Shown here: piece after piece, positions 37,301 through 45,689 of the stretch
Position numbering within the stretch: position 1 is the stretch's first letter
Layout: every line of letters starts with the position of its first letter
Translations under genes and position numbers: made by a program
The notes under the pieces: model-generated
Databases searched by the model: none
Told to the model about the DNA's origin: nothing
What the model saw: only the letters and a program-made list of their open reading frames with translations
Assembly (NCBI GenBank): GCA_025999335.1
Contig: AP024681.1
Coordinates: 395,547 to 459,546, forward strand
DNA: 64,000 nt
Source of the DNA: Candidatus Parcubacteria bacterium
GTDB lineage: Bacteria; Patescibacteriota; Minisyncoccia; UBA6257; HR35
Direction of reading: 5' to 3'

Positions 37301-38236
37301 GGCATTGGAACAACAAGTCCATCAGCAAAACTGCATGTCGTAGGAGGTGATGCTGTATTTAGTCATAGAATAGGCATCAGCACAACTTCTCCTAATGCAA
37401 TGTTAACTATTAGAGGTACATCAACGAATAATTTATTTAGTGTTTATGCTTCTAATTCAGATCAAGTTTTGACTATTAATTATCGAGGTGACATAAATAT
37501 TGGCGGTGGTAAATTTTTTATCAACTACCTTGGTAATGTAGGCATAGGGACAATTATTCCCGGGGTAGCATTAGATGTTTTGGGAGACATAAAATCTAGT
37601 GCAACAATAACAGCAGCAGTAGTATCATCGTCAAAAATATGCTTAGCTGGAACTTGTCGAACTACTTGGCCAAGTGGTAGTGTAGGTAATATTAGCGGGA
37701 GTGGAAACAGTGGTTATATTGCTAAATTCAATGATACAAACTCGATTACAAATTCTGTGATTTATGAACAATCTTCTAATATCGGCATTGGAACAACAAA
37801 TCCATTAGCAAAATTGCATGTTGACGGAGGTGGAGGTAAGGTTGTATTTACTAATAGTAACGTCGGCATTGGAACAACAAATCCATTAGTAAAGTTAGAG
37901 GTTAGCGGTGATGCTAAGTTTATTGGCAATGTTAGCGTTTCTGGTTATGTTGAAGCTGATATGATAAAACAAAAATTTTGTTTAAATTCTTCATGTACTT
38001 CCTTTCGACAATCAACTGCTATAAGAGGTATATATGATGTTAGTGGATCAGGTGGTAGTGGTACGGTTTTATACTGTCGTCCTAATGATAAAGTTATATC
38101 TGCTTTTATGGCTGGCTATGGAGGAAATGATAATTTTGGATGGGAGATAGTAATAAATGATTTGCAAGAAGGAGTTAAATTTTATCCGGAGGTGAATGCT
38201 ACGAATTTAAGAGTTAGATGCTTAAAACTTCAATAA
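34391..38236 (+). CDS. Large secreted fibre/adhesin-like protein with VGIGTTxP repeats
   Basis: Signal peptide, CPR-type WQNPTVSPPGGNVDAPVN head, ~10 (N/K)VGIGTTxP repeats, C-x3-5-C-x3-WP joints, Cys-bounded C-terminal cap. Confidence 0.8.
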   Translation: MRSFFEKKLALLRSAALLSIFVFSIIGISYAWQNPTVSPPGGNVDAPVNTGTSTQYKAGALGIGGVFNAYNDAYFGITTGSDTTTAPNVSITGNTVGSGYEYNRDKNFVHLQTGSMQIDSQCSCDISTTVADCPDSVFYSPANLGDICFDYYKTTTISGGASVIQYGRFKYDRSANKGLLGGALQVYNKVLIGSSKNPSSHVPGIEFIKTFQNTPGESNRSLGYFISLIKEGLGFFTNNNTTTPSVFFSQDGTLSINTTTDKSMLTIWGNDRNNLLSIFATPSYPFVFVENRNGDGVMTIGNTKYINYIPLSSGLNVIGDNIILSNYKYPSGGVGVISKNVFAHATRDYFSDVSQYNNIKNRTGVGFRCDSNDDINIDQKNYYNGRDADPNYSVGSVCYDLFTEQVSGATLYGFNEFKVITTQVPSGPVVWQYEGLPSINFIDWRKSLSSFSLFNIGGIFRIQGGTSTILSIDAENKNVGINTISIPTTAALYVVGNIKATGDVCDGNRCLKDITGGGGPSYWHLNGTNLYPTDINYKVGIGTTSPNAMLSIKGTSTNNLFSIYTSSSNPALFVDSSGKIGIGTTTPNYVVDIIGLNSVGSLRLRHTSTNRHLLLGGDWPYIESENAGIFINWHNNQPIYIRRNTLFVETNKVGIGTTSPTSMLTIRGTSTNNLFSIYTSSSNPALFVDSSGKSFFKILPSIFNGDDASVVISNKATIFITNTSSNGLILQNTSTSFYLLTRSGMWTNANSSDPDTCSGNDRENIFKECSQVINSCVDVAKFVNIDESGATTEEYLKSTVTCRLVNDPNSRYQFSVNKDSLVISYASSSNNNLLYIFNNGSVSLGDKIYTDSIHSLYYRGSSTRSFEADTLIARKSIFALNGYVVAKKLCFGLGNCLSDWPSGGSASYWNGRNDPDYIYPIATSYKVGIGTTSPDAMLTIRGNTSSSHLLRVYSVTSTIPALFINNNSNVGIGTTSPSAKLHVVGGDAVFSHRIGISTTSPNAMLTIRGTSTNNLFSVYASNSDQVLTINYRGDINIGGGKFFINYLGNVGIGTIIPGVALDVLGDIKSSATITAAVVSSSKICLAGTCRTTWPSGSVGNISGSGNSGYIAKFNDTNSITNSVIYEQSSNIGIGTTNPLAKLHVDGGGGKVVFTNSNVGIGTTNPLVKLEVSGDAKFIGNVSVSGYVEADMIKQKFCLNSSCTSFRQSTAIRGIYDVSGSGGSGTVLYCRPNDKVISAFMAGYGGNDNFGWEIVINDLQEGVKFYPEVNATNLRVRCLKLQ
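36001..36469 (+). repeat. Intragenic direct repeat (127-nt copies at 36001-36127 and 36343-36469)
   Basis: Last ~78 nt identical (GGTACATCAACG...AGTGGTAAA); further partial copies near 37165 and 37381. Confidence 0.9.
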
Positions 38237-38299
38237 TAGGATATTATAAGATTATTCAGTGAAATTCAGTTAAATTTAGTATATTATAAATTTTTTAAA

Positions 38300-40624
38300 A
38301 TGAACTTACAAAATAAATTATATTTAGTTAAAGCGGGTTTGGTGCTAGCGATTTTAGTTTTTTTAATATTTTTGTTTAATTATTTTGTTAAAGCTCAAGA
38401 ATCATCAGGATCTCCATCTTTTAATGTTTCTGGTTGGGCGTGGACTAATATGGCTTCAGGTTCATCTCCTATTTATGATCATGATCCAACTATTGGTTGG
38501 GTGGTTTTTAGTTGTAATACAAAGATTAAAAAGAATAACGACACAGAAGAACCAATTAAAATCTGTAGCGACGGTCTTGATAAAGGTAAGATATGCAACA
38601 TTGGCGTAGCTACCGGAATCCCACGAGTTGATTGTAGAAATTATGATGGTAGCATTAATAATGGCTTTTGTCAAGATGCTTGCAGAGTTTCTCGTTTTGG
38701 AGTTGATATTAATACTTCAACTGGATGTATAACTGGTGATGCTTGGAGCTCTAATATTGGTTGGATTAGTTTTAACAAAAATTCTTCTACTTTTATAAAT
38801 GGGATTTCAAGATTCCCCAATGGTTACAATCCAGCAAGCAGCACTTGTCCCAATTCTTTAGCTGTTTTAGAATCAACAAGCACGCTTTTTGTTACTACCA
38901 CAAAAATATTAGGTTGGGCAAGAGCTGTTGCGCCTGCTATTTTTCAGGATAGAGAGGGCAGATTTTATGATCCTCATCCTAACTCAGGAGGATGGGATGG
39001 TTGGATTAGCTTTAATAAATTCACCGGCACTGTTGATTATGGTGTATACATTGATAAAAATGGTGATTTTCACGGTTGGGCATGGAGTGATGATAAAATT
39101 GGTTGGTTGTCGTTTAATAGCGAAGATACTAGATCAACTATTCCTTATAAGGTTTCTTTAAGTAGTTCAACAATTTCAAGAAATTTAGCGCTTACTTTAA
39201 CTCCTAATCCTAATCCAGTGACTGTTGGTCAAACAACTACTTTTAGTTACAGCACTTCAGGAACTGTAAATTGTAATATTACTGAATTTTGGTCAGGCGT
39301 GCCTTGTGGTTTAAGTATTACTACATCTTCTTGTAACTATGTGCCAACAGCAACTGGTAATTATGCTTATTACATCGCAGCAACAGCAACTTGCGCTGGA
39401 ATTACATTTTTTGCTACTAGTGGTACGACTTTAGTTGTTACTGATGCTCCAATTGCGACTTTAAATATTAATAGCTATCCTTCTGGTGTTTCCTTTAATA
39501 GTTCCTTTGGTAGTTTCACTACTCCTCGTACCGTAACCTCAACAGCAACTATTACTGCTACTTTAATAGCGTCATCATCGGTTAACAAAAATGGAACTAA
39601 TTATGATTTTGTTGAGTGGGTTAACTGCAATTCTGTAAGTGGTTCTAATGGTGAAACTTGTAATGTAAGCGTAAATCCAGGAGAGACTATAAGTATTACA
39701 GCTAATTATAGGGCGCGTGGTGTAGCTACATTAAATATTATTAGCTCGCCTATTAGCGTTTCTATTAATGATGCTTTAATAAACGGATCTAGCGCAAACT
39801 TTACTACTCCTCATACCGTAACATCAACAGCAACTATTACTGCTACTTTAACAGCACCACTATCGGTCATAAGTGGAACTAATTATGATTTTGTTAAGTG
39901 GGTTGACTGCGATTCTGTAAGTGGTTCTAATGGTGAAACTTGTAATGTAACCGTTGCTCCAGGTGCAATAACTACTGTCAGTGCTAATTACAACACATCT
40001 TCACCTCCATCTCCACCTACAACAGGTAGTACTACTTTAAAAATTGTTACTCCTGCATGTAATGGCGAGATAGCAACTACATCTCATTTAAGTAGATATG
40101 CAGCTAGGAGTGACCCTCAAGGCGGAGAATATTTATCAGCTTTCAACACGACCTCACTTATAACTGAATATAATGCGTTTTTGAGTAGTAGAGATGCAAA
40201 CAGAACTCAATGTCCTTATATTGTTATAAATGATAAAAGTTCTTCGTTTAAATTATTTATAGATGTTGAAAATGTTAATACTTCTACTACTTATACTATT
40301 AAAATTAAAAATAACACATCTGGAAAGGAGGGTTCATTATTAGATGAGACGAGATTTAGTCAAAGCAATGAATTAAAATATATAAGCATAACTGATATTA
40401 GCGCTGATGGAATAATGAGCGAATTCGCAGGTCTTAATACTGTTTCATTAGAAGAATTTAGGTCAAGAAATGTGGTGGCTACGTCATCTTTAAATATATA
40501 TGGATTGCGCGTAGGTGGCGATTCATGTTATTTAAGGAATCAACCTGAGAAAATTTCAAGCAGTATCTATAGGTCTTTGTGTAATTTCTGGATTAATGAG
40601 ACAGGAATGATTAGACAGCAATGA
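38300..40624 (+). CDS. Secreted Cys-rich surface protein with GWAW/IGWISF repeats and Ig-like/InlB-B-like repeats
   Basis: SGWAW, GDAWSSNIGWISFN, GWDGWISF, HGWAWSDDKIGWLSFN; duplicated NYDFVxWVxCxSVSGSNGETCNV. Confidence 0.8.
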   Translation: MNLQNKLYLVKAGLVLAILVFLIFLFNYFVKAQESSGSPSFNVSGWAWTNMASGSSPIYDHDPTIGWVVFSCNTKIKKNNDTEEPIKICSDGLDKGKICNIGVATGIPRVDCRNYDGSINNGFCQDACRVSRFGVDINTSTGCITGDAWSSNIGWISFNKNSSTFINGISRFPNGYNPASSTCPNSLAVLESTSTLFVTTTKILGWARAVAPAIFQDREGRFYDPHPNSGGWDGWISFNKFTGTVDYGVYIDKNGDFHGWAWSDDKIGWLSFNSEDTRSTIPYKVSLSSSTISRNLALTLTPNPNPVTVGQTTTFSYSTSGTVNCNITEFWSGVPCGLSITTSSCNYVPTATGNYAYYIAATATCAGITFFATSGTTLVVTDAPIATLNINSYPSGVSFNSSFGSFTTPRTVTSTATITATLIASSSVNKNGTNYDFVEWVNCNSVSGSNGETCNVSVNPGETISITANYRARGVATLNIISSPISVSINDALINGSSANFTTPHTVTSTATITATLTAPLSVISGTNYDFVKWVDCDSVSGSNGETCNVTVAPGAITTVSANYNTSSPPSPPTTGSTTLKIVTPACNGEIATTSHLSRYAARSDPQGGEYLSAFNTTSLITEYNAFLSSRDANRTQCPYIVINDKSSSFKLFIDVENVNTSTTYTIKIKNNTSGKEGSLLDETRFSQSNELKYISITDISADGIMSEFAGLNTVSLEEFRSRNVVATSSLNIYGLRVGGDSCYLRNQPEKISSSIYRSLCNFWINETGMIRQQ
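39518..39950 (+). repeat. Intragenic direct repeat (~150 nt at 39518-39668 and 39803-39950)
   Basis: ACTACTCCTC..ACCGTAAC..AACAGCAACTATTACTGCTACTTTAA...TTCTGTAAGTGGTTCTAATGGTGAAACTTGTAATGTAA in both copies. Confidence 0.88.
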
Positions 40625-40644
40625 TTTGTTTTGTTTGAAGTATA

Positions 40645-40653
40645 TGGTATAAT
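40645..40653 (+). promoter_or_regulatory. Extended -10 promoter restarting the ribosomal operon at rplB
   Basis: TGgTATAAT about 60 nt upstream of the rplB ATG. Confidence 0.5.
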
Positions 40654-40712
40654 AATAAATAATTATACAAGGGGTTGATTTATTTTTTTGCAAAAATTTT
40701 TAGATTTTTATT

Positions 40713-41549
40713 ATGTCAATAAAAACAATAAAATCTCGTAGTTCAGGAAAGATTATAAGAGTTTTGGTTGATAAGTCAGCGATAATAACGGCGCAAAAAC
40801 CGTACAAGCCTTTAACTGTTGCTTTAAAAAAACGAACTGCTCGCAATTCTCAGGGAAGAATTACTGTTCGTTTTAGAAGTAATCCTTATCATAGACGTTT
40901 ATATCGTATTATAGATTTTTCCCGTTTAGATAAAAAAGGTATTGTAGGCACGGTAGAAACTATTGAATATGATCCTAATCGAAGCGCTTTTATTATGTTA
41001 GTAAGTTACTTGGATGGTGATAAAAGATATCATTTAGCGCCAGAAAACATCAAAGTAGGAGATAAAATTGTTTGCGACGAGAATACTTCTTTGCAGATTG
41101 GCAATCGAATGGCTTTAAAAAATATTAATTCAGGAACAGAGATTTTTGAATTAGAGTTAGTTCCGGGTTCAGGTGGTAAGTTGATTAGATCAGCGGGTTC
41201 TTTTGGGGTGATGATGGGAATTGAAAAAAATTATGCTTTAATTAAAATGCCATCAGGTGAAATTCGTAAGATTCACAAAGAATGTTATGCAACTTTAGGA
41301 CGCGTGTCTAATTCAGGTCATCGTTTAGAGCAATGGGGTAAAGCAGGTCGTAGTCGTTGGCAGGGTAGAAGACCTAAGGTAAGAGGTTCAGCAATGAATC
41401 CGAGGGATCATCCTTATGGCGGTGGTGAAGGTAAGGCAACTCGTGGTACGCGCAAACCTAAAGATAAATGGGGTAATATTACTGGCGGTAGAAAAACAAG
41501 AAACGTTAAAAAACCTTATTCAAAGCTTATAATTAAACGTAGAAAGTAA
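40713..41549 (+). CDS. rplB: 50S ribosomal protein L2
   Basis: GRITVR, IEYDPNRSA, RSAG, PSGE, GKAGRSRW, RGSAMNPRDHPYGGGEG. Confidence 0.98.
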   Translation: MSIKTIKSRSSGKIIRVLVDKSAIITAQKPYKPLTVALKKRTARNSQGRITVRFRSNPYHRRLYRIIDFSRLDKKGIVGTVETIEYDPNRSAFIMLVSYLDGDKRYHLAPENIKVGDKIVCDENTSLQIGNRMALKNINSGTEIFELELVPGSGGKLIRSAGSFGVMMGIEKNYALIKMPSGEIRKIHKECYATLGRVSNSGHRLEQWGKAGRSRWQGRRPKVRGSAMNPRDHPYGGGEGKATRGTRKPKDKWGNITGGRKTRNVKKPYSKLIIKRRK

Positions 41550-41567
41550 TTTTAATATAATTGAATA

Positions 41568-41882
41568 ATGAGTAGGAGTATTAAAAAAGGTTTTTATGTT
41601 AACGAAAAATTAATGAAGAAAGTTATGAAGGTTAGGGAATTGCCTTTGGAAGATAGACCTAAAAATGTTATTAGGACTTGGTCTCGCGATTCAACAATTA
41701 CGCCCGAAATGATTGGTTTAGTTTTTGAAGTTCACAATGGTAAGAATTTTATTAAAGTTAAAGTAGTTGAAGATATGGTTGGTCATAAATTAGGCGAGTT
41801 TGCGCCAACGCGTAAATTTATTAAACATGGTGGTAGGGCGGCTGAATTAATGGCAAAAAAGCAAGGACAGGCGACTAAATAA
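41568..41882 (+). CDS. rpsS: 30S ribosomal protein S19
   Basis: [29 protein letters not shown]. Confidence 0.98.
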   Translation: MSRSIKKGFYVNEKLMKKVMKVRELPLEDRPKNVIRTWSRDSTITPEMIGLVFEVHNGKNFIKVKVVEDMVGHKLGEFAPTRKFIKHGGRAAELMAKKQGQATK

Positions 41883-41893
41883 TTTTTTTAAAA

Positions 41894-42301
41894 ATGCCAG
41901 AAGCTATTGCTAAATTAAATTATTTTAGAATGTCACCTCGCAAAGTACGTATGGTGGCAAAGATAATCAAAGGTTTACCGGTTAATTATGCCGAAAGACA
42001 ATTGATGTTTTATAATAAAAAAGCTGCTAAAGCATTGTTAAAGCTTTTAAAATCAGCAATAGCCAATGCAAAAAATAAAGGTTATGATAGTAAAGATTTA
42101 TATGTTGAAAAAATAGTTGTTAATGAAGGACCACATTTATTAAAAAGATTTTATCCTAAAGCAAGAGGAAGAGTTGGTAGAATTTTAAAAAGAATGTCGC
42201 ATATAGAAATTTGCCTTGGTAAAATTGAAAATATGCCTTTGCGCAAAAAAGAACAAAAAAATAAACAAGATAGTCAAAAATTAATAACACAGACTTCATA
42301 A
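41894..42301 (+). CDS. rplV: 50S ribosomal protein L22
   Basis: SPRKVR, KLLKSAIANA, VNEGP, PKARGR. Confidence 0.97.
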   Translation: MPEAIAKLNYFRMSPRKVRMVAKIIKGLPVNYAERQLMFYNKKAAKALLKLLKSAIANAKNKGYDSKDLYVEKIVVNEGPHLLKRFYPKARGRVGRILKRMSHIEICLGKIENMPLRKKEQKNKQDSQKLITQTS

Positions 42302-42305
42302 GCAA

Positions 42306-42995
42306 ATGGGTCATAAAGTATCGCCAACAGGATTAAGATTGGGCATTAATAATTATTGGAAATCAAGATGGCTAACTTTGAGAAATTATAAAGTTTTTTT
42401 AGAAGCTGATTATATTATTCGTAAAACTATAAAAGAAAATTTTCCCAAGGCTTCAATTGTAGAAATTATTATTGAAAGAAAAAGTTTGGATATATGTAAA
42501 TTGATTATTAAAACCGCCAAACCAGCTTTTTTAATCGGTAAAGAAGGACAAGTTTTAAAAAATTTAATTAAAAAAATAGAAAAAAACACAGAAGCTTTGT
42601 TTAAGCAGAATAACTTATCTATGCCAAGACTAGATGTTGATATTGTTGAGGTTAAAAAACCATTTTTATCAGCTGCTTATTTAGCTGAATTAGCAGCAAT
42701 TGATATAGAAAAAGGTATGAACACAAGAAAAGTTTTGAAAAAAATTATAGAAAAAGCTAAGCAAAGCAAAGAAATTATCGGTATTAAAGTTAAAGCTAGC
42801 GGAAGATTAGAAGGAGCAACAATTAAGCGAAGAGAAACAATTATTTCGGGAAGAATGTCGTTGTCAAAATTAATTGCTGATATTGATTATTGCGAAAGAC
42901 AGGTATTTACAAAATCAGGTATTGTTGGTTTAAAAATATGGCTTTACAAAGGCGATAAAGATAATTATCTTGATTTAGACAATGTTTCAGCCTAA
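42306..42995 (+). CDS. rpsC: 30S ribosomal protein S3
   Basis: MGHKVSPTGLRLG, IGKEG, SGRLEG, ADIDY, GLKIWLYKG. Confidence 0.97.
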   Translation: MGHKVSPTGLRLGINNYWKSRWLTLRNYKVFLEADYIIRKTIKENFPKASIVEIIIERKSLDICKLIIKTAKPAFLIGKEGQVLKNLIKKIEKNTEALFKQNNLSMPRLDVDIVEVKKPFLSAAYLAELAAIDIEKGMNTRKVLKKIIEKAKQSKEIIGIKVKASGRLEGATIKRRETIISGRMSLSKLIADIDYCERQVFTKSGIVGLKIWLYKGDKDNYLDLDNVSA

Positions 42996-43392
42996 AAAGT
43001 TAAAATTTCGTAAATTTCAATCAGAAAGAATTTTAAGCAACAGTTTAGCTACTAAAGGTTATTCTTTGGTTTATGGTAAGATGGGTTTAAAAGCATGCGA
43101 AGGAAAAATGATTAATGATAAACATCTTAATGCTTGCGTAAATGAGTTGAAGAGAAGATTAGGCAAAAAGGGAAGGTTTTGGTTGCGTATTTTTCCGCAT
43201 ATACCTAAAACAAAGAAACCTCCAGAAACAAGAATGGGAGGTGGTAAGGGCGATATTGAGAAGTATGTAACATTTGTTAAAGCAGGTAATATTTTATTTG
43301 AAGTTGATGGCTTAGATGATGCATCTTTAAAGAATGCTTTGAAGCTAACAAGCTATAAATTACCGCTTAAAACAAAAATTGTCAGTCGTTGA
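42982..43392 (+). CDS. rplP: 50S ribosomal protein L16
   Basis: MFQPK, WLRIFP, ETRMGGGKG, ILFEV, YKLPLKT. Confidence 0.97.
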   Translation: MFQPKKLKFRKFQSERILSNSLATKGYSLVYGKMGLKACEGKMINDKHLNACVNELKRRLGKKGRFWLRIFPHIPKTKKPPETRMGGGKGDIEKYVTFVKAGNILFEVDGLDDASLKNALKLTSYKLPLKTKIVSR

Positions 43393-43442
43393 TTTTGTTA
43401 AGATCATTTAGTTAAAGACTATGTTATAATTTTTTTATTGCT

Positions 43443-43631
43443 ATGAAAACAGCTGAATTAAGAAATAAAACAATACCAGAGTTGCAAAAATTAGCTAGAG
43501 ATTTAAGAGCTAAAATTAATCAGTTAATCACTGAAAAATCTTTTAATCGTTTAAAAAATACTAATTTAATTAAATTGCATAAAAAGGATTTAGCCAGAGT
43601 TTTAACTGTTTTAAAAGAAAAGTCAAAATAA
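43443..43631 (+). CDS. rpmC: 50S ribosomal protein L29
   Basis: MKTAELR, KKDLARVLTVLKE; extended -10 TGtTATAAT at 43422-43430. Confidence 0.95.
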   Translation: MKTAELRNKTIPELQKLARDLRAKINQLITEKSFNRLKNTNLIKLHKKDLARVLTVLKEKSK

Positions 43632-43649
43632 AAGTATAATATTTTTACA

Positions 43650-43901
43650 ATGAGAAAAAAAGTTAAAGGCGTAGTTATTTCAGATAAAATGAATAAAAGT
43701 CGTGTTGTTATAGGTAAAACATTAAGGCAATATCCTTTGTATAAAAAATATTATCAGCATATTACGAAGTATTATGTTCATGATGAGAAAAATCTTTCAA
43801 GAGTCGGCGATGAGGTTTTAATTGAGGAGACAAGACCTTTATCAAAATTAAAAAGGTGGCGTTTAGTTAAAATTTTAAAGAAAAACGAAGAACAACAATG
43901 A
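43650..43901 (+). CDS. rpsQ: 30S ribosomal protein S17
   Basis: GVVISDKMNK, HDE, GDEVLIEETRPLSKLKRW. Confidence 0.97.
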   Translation: MRKKVKGVVISDKMNKSRVVIGKTLRQYPLYKKYYQHITKYYVHDEKNLSRVGDEVLIEETRPLSKLKRWRLVKILKKNEEQQ

Positions 43902-44272
43902 TTCAACGTAGAACTATTTTAAATAGCGCTGACAACTCAGGAGCAATAAAATTACAGTGCATTGGTATTATTAAAAAAGGAAATGCTCGTTATGCGGAGA
44001 TAGGTGATTTGATAACTTGTTCAGTAAAAGTTGCTGAACCTCGAAGCGAGGTTAAGAAAGGAGATGTTGTTAAAGCAGTTGTTGTTCGTCAGAAAAATAA
44101 TTATCATCGCAAAGATGGCACTTATATAAGGTTTGAAGAAAATGCATGTGTTTTAATAAAGAATTTAAAAACAAAAGAAATTGTTGGTAACCGTATTTTT
44201 GGTCCAATCCCTCGTGAAATAAAAGAATTAGGTTATACGAAAATAGCTAATTTAGCAGTTGAATTAGTTTAA
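43898..44272 (+). CDS. rplN: 50S ribosomal protein L14
   Basis: ADNSGA, KAVVVR, RFEENACV, RIFGPIPRE. Confidence 0.98.
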   Translation: MIQRRTILNSADNSGAIKLQCIGIIKKGNARYAEIGDLITCSVKVAEPRSEVKKGDVVKAVVVRQKNNYHRKDGTYIRFEENACVLIKNLKTKEIVGNRIFGPIPREIKELGYTKIANLAVELV

Positions 44273-44280
44273 ATAAAATA

Positions 44281-44589
44281 ATGAAAATCAAAAAAAACGA
44301 TTTAGTTTTAGTTATTAAAGGTAAAGATAGAAAAAGAACGGGCAAAGTTATAAAAGCTTTACCAAAAGAAAATAAAGTTGTCATTGAAGGTTTAAATTTG
44401 GTAAAAAAACATATACGCCCTCGTCGTCAAGGAGAGAAAGGAAAAATTGTCGAAGTGCCAAGACCGATTTATGTGAGCAATGTTAAGCTTATTTGTCCGA
44501 AATGTGGTGATGCCACTAAGGTTGGCTACAATATTGTCGATAATAAGAAAAAACGTTTTTGTAAAAAATGCAAAAAGATTATAGATTAG
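44281..44589 (+). CDS. rplX: 50S ribosomal protein L24 (Zn-ribbon form)
   Basis: KIKKNDLVLVIKGKDR, IEGLN, SNV, CPKC...CKKC. Confidence 0.97.
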   Translation: MKIKKNDLVLVIKGKDRKRTGKVIKALPKENKVVIEGLNLVKKHIRPRRQGEKGKIVEVPRPIYVSNVKLICPKCGDATKVGYNIVDNKKKRFCKKCKKIID

Positions 44590-45074
44590 ATTTAAAGAAA
44601 ACACACCCGGTTAGAGGTATAATTCAGATTGGTATTGGTAAATTGATAACTCAGCATTCCGATAGTGAAAAGAAAATCATTGAAGATGCTACTTATGTTC
44701 TGTCAATGGTTACCGGACAAAAACCAAAAATTGTTAAAGCAAAGAAATCTATTTCTGGTTTTAAGTTAAGACAAGGAATGCCGGTCGCTGTTTTAGTTAC
44801 TTTACGTAAAAAAAGATTATTAGATTTTATTAAGCGATTGATAATATATGCTTTACCGCGTACTAAAGATTTTTATGGATTAAATAAAAATAATTTTGAC
44901 AATAAGGGAAATATTAATTTAGGCTTAAAAGATTTAAATGTTTTTCCGGAAATAGTTTCTGATAAAATTAAATATAGTTTTGGAGCGCATATTAATTTAG
45001 TTGGTTCTGGTAAAACTAAAGAAGATAATATTAAAATGTGGCAAGAATTAGGTTTTCCAGTATCTAAAAAATAA
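44568..45074 (+). CDS. rplE: 50S ribosomal protein L5 (N-terminally shortened)
   Basis: TGQKP, AKKSISGFKLRQGMP, VTLR, ALPR, FDNKGN, FPEI, LGFP. Confidence 0.93.
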   Translation: MQKDYRLDLKKTHPVRGIIQIGIGKLITQHSDSEKKIIEDATYVLSMVTGQKPKIVKAKKSISGFKLRQGMPVAVLVTLRKKRLLDFIKRLIIYALPRTKDFYGLNKNNFDNKGNINLGLKDLNVFPEIVSDKIKYSFGAHINLVGSGKTKEDNIKMWQELGFPVSKK

Positions 45075-45093
45075 AAAGTTTAATTATTAAACA

Positions 45094-45279
45094 ATGGTTA
45101 GCAAAGCACAAATAGAACGTTGGAAAAAAACACCAAAGTATAAAACAAGAAAAAGAAATGTTTGTTTTCGTTGTGGTCGAACACGCGCTTTTTTTCGAGA
45201 CTTCTCTTTATGTCGTATTTGTTTAAGAGAAATGGCTCATAAAGGCGAAATTCCCGGATTAAAAAAAGCAAGTTGGTAA
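45094..45279 (+). CDS. rpsN: 30S ribosomal protein S14 (type Z, Zn-binding)
   Basis: CFRCGR...[19 protein letters not shown]. Confidence 0.97.
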   Translation: MVSKAQIERWKKTPKYKTRKRNVCFRCGRTRAFFRDFSLCRICLREMAHKGEIPGLKKASW

Positions 45280-45283
45280 AACA

Positions 45284-45676
45284 ATGACAGATCCCATAGC
45301 TGATTTACTTACAAGAATTAGAAACGCCTTACGAGTGAATAAAACGATGATTGAAGTGAATGTTTCAAAGATGGCGATAGCTATTGCAAAGATTTTAAAA
45401 GATAATAGCTTAATCAATGATTTTAAAATTAATCAAACAAAACCGCCGAAAATGGTTATATTTTTAAAATACAGCGACGACGGCAAGCCATTTATTGAAG
45501 ATTTAAAGAGAATATCTAAGCCAGGAAGAAGAGTCTATGCTGGCTATAAAGATTTAAAACCCCTAAGAAGTGGTTTTGCTTTCCGGATTGTCTCAACAAA
45601 TAGAGGAGTAATGATTGATAGTGAAGCGAAGAGAAGAAAATTAGGCGGGGAAATAATTTGCGAAGTTTATTATTAA
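45284..45676 (+). CDS. rpsH: 30S ribosomal protein S8
   Basis: MTDPIADLLTRIRNA, RISKPGRRVY, STNRGV, LGGEIIC. Confidence 0.98.
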   Translation: MTDPIADLLTRIRNALRVNKTMIEVNVSKMAIAIAKILKDNSLINDFKINQTKPPKMVIFLKYSDDGKPFIEDLKRISKPGRRVYAGYKDLKPLRSGFAFRIVSTNRGVMIDSEAKRRKLGGEIICEVYY

Positions 45677-45689
45677 TCAATTAATATTA

